This document shows, in pieces, positions 19,106 through 26,129 of a stretch of 64,000 bases of DNA. Source of the DNA: Chloroflexota bacterium. Lineage in GTDB: Bacteria; Chloroflexota; Anaerolineae; Aggregatilineales; Phototrophicaceae. Position 1 is the first letter of the stretch; each line of letters opens with the position of its first letter. The DNA is taken from the NCBI GenBank assembly GCA_009840575.1, contig VXNO01000017.1, forward strand, positions 7,497 to 71,496, in the 5' to 3' direction. The translations under genes were made by a program, and so were the position numbers. Below the pieces are notes generated by a model that did no database searches, was not told the DNA's origin, and worked only from the letters and a program-made list of their open reading frames with translations.

Positions 19106-20101
19106 ATGAGGAATTATGTGCTGCAGCGGCTGGTCTATATGGTCTTTTTGCTGTGGCTGGTGACAGTCGTCACATTCATCGTGATTCAGTTGCCGCCTGG
19201 AGACTACCTCTCGACGTATATCAGCCGCCTGGAACAAGCCGGGGAAGACCTCACTGACGAAGAAGTCGCTGCGCTGCGTGAACAATATGGGCTGAATCTG
19301 CCCGTGTATGCGCGCTACTTCAAGTGGTTTGGACAAGTGCTTCAAGGCAATCTCGGCTTTTCCTACGACTGGGAGAAGCCAGTGCGAGATTTGATTGGAG
19401 AACGGCTCGCGCTGACGTTTTCGATTGCTATATTGTCAGCTATCTTCACTTATGCGGTCGCCATCCCTATAGGCATTTATTCCGCGGTGCATCAGTATTC
19501 CATCGGCGATTACATATTTTCTTTCATCGGCTTCATCGGCATGTCCATCCCCAATTTTATGCTGGCGCTGATCTTGCTGTATGTCGCTTGGTCGGAATAT
19601 GGACAAAATTTAACCGGTCTGTTCTCGCAGGAGTTTCAAGGCGCGCCTTGGAGTTGGGAGAAGCTGATTGATATGGCCAAGCACCTGCCCATTCCTATCA
19701 TTGTGATTGGCACGGGCGGGACAGCCGGCTTAATCCGCGTGATGCGCGGCACGCTTTTGGACGAGCTGAACAAGCAGTATGTCATCACCGCGCGCAGCAA
19801 AGGCTTGGGCGAAGTCAAGCTGCTCTTCAAATATCCCGTGCGCGTGGCGCTCAACCCCATCATCAGCAGCCTGGCTTGGCTCTTCCCCAGCTTGATTTCC
19901 GGCGGCACCATCACCGCCTATGTGCTGGGCTTGCCCACGGCGGGCCCCATGCTGTTGCGCTCTCTGTTGACGCAAGACACTTTTTTGACCGCGAGTTTGC
20001 TGATGTTCGTCACGATTTTGACTGTCATCGGCACGACGGTTTCCGATATTTTGCTGGTCGTGGTTGACCCGCGCATCCGCATGGAACGCGCGGCAAGCTA
20101 G
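19106..20101 (+). CDS. Opp/Dpp-type ABC transporter permease (DppB-like)
   Basis: 331 aa with N-terminus MRNYVLQRLVYMVFLLWLVTVVTFIVIQLPPGDY typical of DppB/OppB. EAA-like region ..YVITARSKGL.. Confidence 0.9.
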   Translation: MRNYVLQRLVYMVFLLWLVTVVTFIVIQLPPGDYLSTYISRLEQAGEDLTDEEVAALREQYGLNLPVYARYFKWFGQVLQGNLGFSYDWEKPVRDLIGERLALTFSIAILSAIFTYAVAIPIGIYSAVHQYSIGDYIFSFIGFIGMSIPNFMLALILLYVAWSEYGQNLTGLFSQEFQGAPWSWEKLIDMAKHLPIPIIVIGTGGTAGLIRVMRGTLLDELNKQYVITARSKGLGEVKLLFKYPVRVALNPIISSLAWLFPSLISGGTITAYVLGLPTAGPMLLRSLLTQDTFLTASLLMFVTILTVIGTTVSDILLVVVDPRIRMERAAS

Positions 20102-20113
20102 GCGGAGCGGAAA

Positions 20114-21259
20114 ATGTTGCGGCGAATCAGCAGCCGGCGCAAGGCAGCCAAAGCGCAAGCCCCCGCCTTTGACGAGAGCTATTATCTCGCCTCGCAGTGG
20201 CAGTTGATCTGGCGCAAGTTTCGCCGCCACCGGCTGGCTATCGGCTCGCTGCTTGTCATTATCGCGCTTTATTCCATGGCCCTCTTCTCCGAGTTTTATG
20301 CCATCAACGACTACCAAAAACGCCATGTCAGTTTCGCCAAGGCACCGCCGCATACTATCTATTTTGTGGACGAAGCCGGCGATTTCAGCCTGCGTCCCTT
20401 CATCTATCAGATGAAGCAGACCCTGGATATGGACACCTTGCAGCGCAATTATTCCGAAGTGCGCGATACAAAGTACCCGATACGCTTCTTTGTGCGCGGC
20501 GAGCCTTACAAGATACTGGGCTTGATAGACAGCGACATCCACTTGATGGGCGTAGAAGCGCCGGGCGTCTTCTTTCCTTTTGGCACGGATGATCTGGGGC
20601 GCGATGTATTCTCCCGCACCATGCACGCGGCGCGCATCTCGCTGTCGATTGGTTTCCTGGGCGTCATCATCAGCTTTGTGCTGGGCTGCCTCTTCGGCGG
20701 GATTTCCGGTTATTTTGGCGGCGTGGTCGACCTGGTGATTCAGCGGCTGATCGAGTTTCTGATTTCCATCCCGTCTATCCCGCTGATTATCGCGCTGGCA
20801 GCGGCGCTGCCACCGGAATGGAGCTCAACCCAGGTGTATTTTGGCATCACCATCGTGTTGGCGACAGTCGGCTGGACGACGCTGGCGCGGGCGGTGCGCG
20901 GCAAATTGCTGGAACTGCGCGAGGCGGATTTTGTCATGGCGGCGCGCATCTCCAATATGGGCGACATGGATATCATCATCAAGCACCTGCTGCCATCCTT
21001 CGCCAGCTTTCTGATCGTCGTGCTGAGCCTGTCCGTGCCGGGCATGATCCTTGCTGAGACGGCGCTGAGCTTCTTGCAGATTGGCATTCGTCCGCCCGCC
21101 GTCAGCTGGGGCGTGCTGCTGCAAGACGCGCAGAATATCCGCAGCCTCAGCCAAAGCCCCTGGCTCTTGATCCCCGGCTTGTTTGTCATCGTCACTGTGC
21201 TGGCCTTTAATTTCTTGGGCGATGGCTTGCGGGATGCCGCCGACCCCTACAAACAATAA
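20114..21259 (+). CDS. Opp/Dpp-type ABC transporter permease (DppC-like)
   Basis: 381 aa. ..FPFGTDDLGRDVFSR.. and ..DFVMAARISNMG.. motifs are typical of DppC/OppC. Confidence 0.9.
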   Translation: MLRRISSRRKAAKAQAPAFDESYYLASQWQLIWRKFRRHRLAIGSLLVIIALYSMALFSEFYAINDYQKRHVSFAKAPPHTIYFVDEAGDFSLRPFIYQMKQTLDMDTLQRNYSEVRDTKYPIRFFVRGEPYKILGLIDSDIHLMGVEAPGVFFPFGTDDLGRDVFSRTMHAARISLSIGFLGVIISFVLGCLFGGISGYFGGVVDLVIQRLIEFLISIPSIPLIIALAAALPPEWSSTQVYFGITIVLATVGWTTLARAVRGKLLELREADFVMAARISNMGDMDIIIKHLLPSFASFLIVVLSLSVPGMILAETALSFLQIGIRPPAVSWGVLLQDAQNIRSLSQSPWLLIPGLFVIVTVLAFNFLGDGLRDAADPYKQ

Positions 21260-21313
21260 TTGCTGTTACACTCAACATAGTGAAATTCATTAAGTGGAAG
21301 CAGAACTGACTCG

Positions 21314-21922
21314 ATGACCACAATCGAAATCTATCGCACCTTGCCCGAACAGATCGCCGCGCGCTTGCGCCAAGAGGTGCTATCCAACAAACTCAAACCG
21401 GGCGACCCCCTGCGCGAAGCCGATCTATCGCAGCGCTTCGGGGTCAGCCGTGGACCGGTGCGCGAGGCTTTCCGGCAGCTCACGCAGCAGGGCTTGCTGG
21501 TGCTGGAGCCAAACAAAGGCGCGCGCGTCGCCCAAAACCCCAGCGTCGAGGTGCGCCCACTGGTCGTGCAGCTGCGCCGCGCCATCGAAACTTTCGTGCT
21601 GGACAGCATCTTCGCTCGCATCACCGAGACCGATATAGCGCGCTGGGAAGCTATCCTAGCGGATATTCAGGCGGCTTGCCTGAACAACGATGTCGACGCG
21701 CTGACGGACAGCGACCTGCGCTTCCATCAAGCCATTATCCAGAGCCACGATGACAAAGACATCTTCACGTTGTGGCAGCCCATCGCCATGCGCATGATGA
21801 TGCAATATACGCGCCACGGCGACATCATGGAGAGCTACCGCGAGCACAAGCGCATCCTGGATGCCATCCGCAGCGGCGACAAGCTGGGCGCAATCGACGC
21901 CTTGTATGCCAATATCCAGTAA
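21314..21922 (+). CDS. GntR-family transcriptional regulator, FadR-type (FCD C-terminal domain)
   Basis: N-terminal winged HTH ..LKPGDPLREADLSQRFGVSRGPVREAFRQLTQQGLLVLEPNKGARV.. The helical C-terminal domain carries a His-containing FCD-like pattern. Confidence 0.85.
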   Translation: MTTIEIYRTLPEQIAARLRQEVLSNKLKPGDPLREADLSQRFGVSRGPVREAFRQLTQQGLLVLEPNKGARVAQNPSVEVRPLVVQLRRAIETFVLDSIFARITETDIARWEAILADIQAACLNNDVDALTDSDLRFHQAIIQSHDDKDIFTLWQPIAMRMMMQYTRHGDIMESYREHKRILDAIRSGDKLGAIDALYANIQ

Positions 21923-21952
21923 ATTGACCGGACGCCACAAAAGGAACAAATT

Positions 21953-22972
21953 ATGGCAGTCGCAGCCTATTACGAAGGGGAGCGCCGCATCCGCCAGGGG
22001 CAATGCCTGCCGCGCCCGCCGTCCGCCGGCGAAGTACAGTTGCGCGTTTCGCATTGTGGCATCTGTGGCACTGACCTGCACATATTTCACGGCGCGATGG
22101 ATGCGCGCGTACAGATGCCGCTGGTGATGGGCCACGAAATGTCGGGCACAGTCCACGCAGCCGGCGCGGATGTCGAAGGCTTCACGCCGGGCGATCGGGT
22201 GGTTGTGATGCCACTGGAACCCTGTCATAACTGCCCTGCCTGCGCAGCCGGGCACAGCCACATCTGCCACAACCTGAACTTCCTGGGCATCGATACGCCG
22301 GGCGCATTCCAGAGTTACTGGACGGTGCCCGCCTTTTCGCTGCATCGCGTGCCGGCTTCGCTCTCGCTGCGACATGGCGCGCTGATTGAGCCGCTGGCGG
22401 TGGCTTGCCATGATGTGCGGCTGGCCGATGTGCGGGCGGGCGACCAGGTGGTTGTGTTGGGCGGCGGACCCATCGGCATGTTGGTGGCGCTGGTGGCGCG
22501 GCAGGCGGGCGCGGATGTACTCATCTCTGAGATCAACCCCTATCGCGTCGACCTGGCGCGGCGACTGAGCTTCGCGGCGCTCAATCCACGCGATGATGAC
22601 TTGCTGGCGACTGTGCTGCGGCGCACGGGTGGCGCGGGCGCGGACATCGTCTTTGAAGTCTCTGGCTCACAGGCGGGCGCGTCTGTGATGAGCGAATTGC
22701 TGCGCACACGCGGATTGGCGGTGGTGGTCGCGATCTTCGCCCAGCCGCCCAAGCTGGATTTGTTCCGCTTCTTTTGGCGCGAGCTGCGTTTGCAGGGTGC
22801 GCGCGTTTATGAGAGCCAGGACTTCGCCGCCGCCATCGAGTTGGCTGCTGACGGCGGGCTGCCCTTGGACGAACTAATCACCGATGTCCGCCCCTTGAGC
22901 GCGTTGCAAGCCGGCTTTGAAGATATGGAAAAAGGCGGGCGCTTCATGAAGATTCTCTTGGAGGTGCCATGA
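21953..22972 (+). CDS. Zn-dependent medium-chain alcohol dehydrogenase (sorbitol/threonine-DH-like), candidate 2-keto-3-deoxy-L-galactonate 5-dehydrogenase
   Basis: ..HCGICGTDLH.., ..GHEMSG.., structural-Zn Cys cluster ..CHNCPACAAGHSHIC.., Rossmann ..VLGGGPIG.. The specific substrate is inferred from context only. Confidence 0.8.
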   Translation: MAVAAYYEGERRIRQGQCLPRPPSAGEVQLRVSHCGICGTDLHIFHGAMDARVQMPLVMGHEMSGTVHAAGADVEGFTPGDRVVVMPLEPCHNCPACAAGHSHICHNLNFLGIDTPGAFQSYWTVPAFSLHRVPASLSLRHGALIEPLAVACHDVRLADVRAGDQVVVLGGGPIGMLVALVARQAGADVLISEINPYRVDLARRLSFAALNPRDDDLLATVLRRTGGAGADIVFEVSGSQAGASVMSELLRTRGLAVVVAIFAQPPKLDLFRFFWRELRLQGARVYESQDFAAAIELAADGGLPLDELITDVRPLSALQAGFEDMEKGGRFMKILLEVP

Positions 22973-23739
22973 CTGTACTCGATTCTTTTCGGCTGGACGG
23001 CAAGACGGCGCTGGTGACCGGGGCGCGGCGCGGCATTGGCTTCGCCATGGCCAGCGCTTTAGCAGAAGCCGGCGCGGATATCATCGCCGTTAGCGCCAGC
23101 CTGGAAAACAGCGGCAGCGCGATAGAAGCGGCTGTCTCCGCGCAGGGGCGGCGCTTCGCTGGCTATCGCTGTGATTTTTCGAGGCGGGCTGAACTGAAAG
23201 ATTTCATCACGCAAGTAAGCAGCGAACACCCGGTCATCGATATTTTGGTCAACAATGCGGGGGCGGTCCTGCGCGAGCCGGCTACCTCGCATAGCGATGC
23301 CTATTGGGATCGCATCATCGAAATCAACCTGAACGCGCAGTTCGTTCTCAGCCGTGAGCTTGGTGCCCGCATGTTAGAGCGCGGCAGTGGCAAGATCATC
23401 TTCACCGCTTCGCTGCTGACATTTCAAGGTGGCATCACAGTGCCTGGTTATGCAGCCAGCAAAGGCGGCATCGGACAACTGACCAAAGCGCTGGCGAATG
23501 AATGGGCGGGCGGCGGCGTGCAGGTCAATGCCATCGCGCCCGGCTATGTGCGCACCGATGTAACCGAAGCCCTGCAAAATAACCCCGACCGGTACCGCGC
23601 CATCCTGGAGCGCATCCCGGCGGGGCGCTGGGGGCATATCGACGATTTCAAGGGCCCGGTCGTCTTCCTGGCTTCGGCGGCGTCGGATTATGTCAACGGC
23701 GAAATCCTGGTGGTCGACGGCGGCTGGATGGGTCGCTGA
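22969..23739 (+). CDS. Short-chain dehydrogenase/reductase, KduD-like
   Basis: ATGA overlap with the preceding gene. TGARRGIG cofactor motif, YAASKGG (YxxxK) catalytic motif, overall KduD-like N-terminus ..LDGKTALVTGA.. Confidence 0.85.
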   Translation: MTVLDSFRLDGKTALVTGARRGIGFAMASALAEAGADIIAVSASLENSGSAIEAAVSAQGRRFAGYRCDFSRRAELKDFITQVSSEHPVIDILVNNAGAVLREPATSHSDAYWDRIIEINLNAQFVLSRELGARMLERGSGKIIFTASLLTFQGGITVPGYAASKGGIGQLTKALANEWAGGGVQVNAIAPGYVRTDVTEALQNNPDRYRAILERIPAGRWGHIDDFKGPVVFLASAASDYVNGEILVVDGGWMGR

Positions 23740-23744
23740 GCAAC

Positions 23745-24980
23745 TTAAACGCCGATGGTCGGCTTGTCAAAATCGGTTTGTTCCGCCAGGATGCGCTCGC
23801 GCCAGTCTTCGGGCAGGCGCGCCACCTTTTGGAAAAATGTCTCTTCGCCGAAGTGCAGGTTGCTGCGCTTGAATTCCGGGCGATGGCAATCGCGCGATAA
23901 ATCACAATCAAAGCGGATGATATGACAACCGCGGCGCGAGCCATCTCCAGGCGGCGTGATGTGGCTTAAGCCCCAGGTGATGCCGCGCCCGTCGCCATTG
24001 TCCGCGAAGGCATCCGGGCAGAAAGGACCCGGCGCGACCGGCGACAACTGCACATGCGCCATGGGCTGGAAGTTGAGCCCGTCCGCCGCAAATTGAATCG
24101 TGTCTTTTTCGGGTCCGTCCAGGATCAACAAAGTGGCGATGCCGCCTTTGTAGGTCCAATACATGGTCTCATGCCCGGAATTGGTGACCGGGTTCAGCTC
24201 AGACTTGACGAACGGGCCTTCGGGCTGCTCGGCGATGGCGACGCCCTGCGCCCGCAGCAAGCCACCTGAGACTTTCTCCACTGGCGAGCCTTTGTAATAA
24301 AGCCAGACCTTGCCCTTGTAGACCAGTGGATAGGGGTCGTGAATGGCGCAGCTATCCCATTCGCCTAGCTCACCCTGCGGCACAATCGGCACATCCATGC
24401 GCGTCCAGGGACCATCGGGCGAATCGGCATGCGCCATGCTGACTCCAACGCAATCATGCGCCCGCCACATGGTGGTGAAACACTGATAATACAAATAATA
24501 ACGTCCGCCCCAGACCAAAATATCCGGCGTGGAAAGCGAGCGGTCGCCATAAGTGCCTTTGGGCGCGCGCGGTACAGCAACCCCCTGCTCCACCCAGTCG
24601 AAGCCGTCTTTTGAGGTGGCGTAACAAATATCCGCCAAGTCCCAATCAACCACCGGGATTTCGTCAGTCGCCTGGTCGATATGGAAGCGCCCAACCGGCA
24701 CATGCTCGGTGATGCGCCGCGTATACCAGACATAATAGATATCGCCGATCTTAAGCACCTTGGACGGGTCGCGCCGCGAAACCGACATCTCCGAATGGTC
24801 TTTGCCGATGCCGCCCACCCGCGAATAACGAAAATTAGTGTAGAAGGGGTTGCCCGGGTCTTGCTTGGGCGTCCACATGTCGTAGACGCGCTCGGTCGCG
24901 GCGCTCAAGGGCCGGTCGGTCGGTTTAGTTTGCGGCAACATGCCGGGGAAGGCGCGCGGTTGTTGGCTGTCGTCGTTCAT
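23745..24980 (-). CDS. GH117-like glycoside hydrolase
   Basis: Start taken at MNDDSQQP.. (24980), preceded by AAGGAG. The ORF-track start is 25091. Motifs RRDPS, YYVWYT, WDLADICYATSKDG, STPDIL, YYLYYQ, IHDP, WLYYKG, NPVTNSGHET, GPEKDTIQFAADGLNF, WGLSH. Confidence 0.85.
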   Translation of the reverse strand: MNDDSQQPRAFPGMLPQTKPTDRPLSAATERVYDMWTPKQDPGNPFYTNFRYSRVGGIGKDHSEMSVSRRDPSKVLKIGDIYYVWYTRRITEHVPVGRFHIDQATDEIPVVDWDLADICYATSKDGFDWVEQGVAVPRAPKGTYGDRSLSTPDILVWGGRYYLYYQCFTTMWRAHDCVGVSMAHADSPDGPWTRMDVPIVPQGELGEWDSCAIHDPYPLVYKGKVWLYYKGSPVEKVSGGLLRAQGVAIAEQPEGPFVKSELNPVTNSGHETMYWTYKGGIATLLILDGPEKDTIQFAADGLNFQPMAHVQLSPVAPGPFCPDAFADNGDGRGITWGLSHITPPGDGSRRGCHIIRFDCDLSRDCHRPEFKRSNLHFGEETFFQKVARLPEDWRERILAEQTDFDKPTIGV

Positions 24981-25058
24981 CTTGTCTCCTTTTCCTGTGA
25001 AACCGCATGGGCAGCGCAATTGCCACAGATAGCATTTGCCTGTCTCAGCGCTGGCACT

Positions 25059-25080
25059 GTCAATTGTAGACAATCGACAA
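25059..25080. promoter_or_regulatory. Operator-like 22-mer GTCAATTGTAGACAATCGACAA upstream of the GH117 gene
   Basis: Contains ATTGTAGACAAT (25063-25074). It differs at one position from the 22-mer at 26094-26115. Confidence 0.6.
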
Positions 25081-25127
25081 GCGCGGGGCAAACAAAGAGC
25101 AAAAATGGGGAAGCTTGGCGCGCTGCC

Positions 25128-25390
25128 TCAGCCCTTGAGGCCGGAGTAGCTGATGCCTTCGACGAAGTAGCGCTGGAAGAACAAAAAGATAAGCGCCATT
25201 GGCAAGGTTGTGATGACCGAGCCAGCCAGCACCAAATCGTACTGGATATCCTGCCCGCTGCCGCGCAGCACCGTCAAGTCCAGCGGCAGGTTATACAAGT
25301 CGGTGTTGCCGCCCAGGATAATCAGCGCGTCCATGAAGTTATTCCAATTGCCCTGGAAGCTAAATATTGTCAGTGCCGTCAGCGAGGCTT
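25128..25390 (-). pseudogene. 3' remnant of a CUT1-type (MalG-like) sugar ABC permease gene
   Basis: Own translation upstream of the 68-aa ORF gives ..[27 protein letters not shown]...[32 protein letters not shown], the conserved C-terminal quarter of MalG-type permeases. Similarity is lost near 25390 and an in-frame stop lies at about 25416. No N-terminal part is present. Confidence 0.7.
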
Positions 25391-25415
25391 GCTCGCATCT
25401 TGTGTACTCTGGCTT

Positions 25416-25982
25416 TCAGCGTAGAGAGCCCAGCTTGAACAGTCGAGAGGAAGCGCTGATCAATGAAGTTCCAATACAGCAAGCCGCAATGGCGAACAAG
25501 CCGATGATGCTGCCTGGAACGATTCCTGCGCTAGTGGATAGCAGGAATGCAATCAGCAGTCCGATGAGCGTCGCCACTTTCATTTTGAGCGTGCCAAAGA
25601 ATCCGACTCCGAAATAGAGGATTGTGACGGGAATCATGATGTGCAGATTGCCGACGTAATCAAACACCGCTCCAAGAACATAGCTGCCGATTCCAAGAGC
25701 GCCGCCGACAAATCTAGCTGGCCCTGAGTTCTCTATACCGTCTTTGATGTTGCCCAAGCGCCGCGAAAGGTCGTTTTGCCAGTTGTCGAATCCTCTTCGC
25801 ATCTTGTCAAAGACGGTTCGCTGCGCGGCGATTTCAGCTTGCACATGCTGATAACGCGCGTACCCGGCGACAGAGACCGCAACCACAATGAAGACGAAGA
25901 CTGCAAGAGAAACATAGGGGCGGCGGCTGATTTTGGCCTTGGCAGAGCGGTATCTCGCCTTGATGAAACTTTGCGCCTTCAT
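25416..25982 (-). CDS. Hypothetical polytopic membrane protein (possible recent insertion)
   Basis: Start at MKAQSFIK.. (25982), preceded by GGAG. 188 aa with several TM segments. It uses visibly more A/T-ending codons than its neighbours (by eye, not computed). No recognised family. Confidence 0.5.
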   Translation of the reverse strand: MKAQSFIKARYRSAKAKISRRPYVSLAVFVFIVVAVSVAGYARYQHVQAEIAAQRTVFDKMRRGFDNWQNDLSRRLGNIKDGIENSGPARFVGGALGIGSYVLGAVFDYVGNLHIMIPVTILYFGVGFFGTLKMKVATLIGLLIAFLLSTSAGIVPGSIIGLFAIAACCIGTSLISASSRLFKLGSLR

Positions 25983-26093
25983 GAAAGCTCCTTCTAGTAT
26001 GCAGTGGACTTCGCAACTAGGCTGAACATGAGCGGGATGCGCTGGAACAAGCGCCAGGCCCGAATGATATGCGCATAACTTGACACTGGTAAA

Positions 26094-26115
26094 GTCAATT
26101 ATAGACAATCGACAA
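26094..26115. promoter_or_regulatory. Operator-like 22-mer GTCAATTATAGACAATCGACAA upstream of the GMC oxidoreductase/GH117-fusion operon
   Basis: 21 of 22 positions match 25059-25080. A TTGACA box lies at 26080-26085 just upstream. Confidence 0.6.
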
Positions 26116-26129
26116 ATCTGGGTCAAGCA

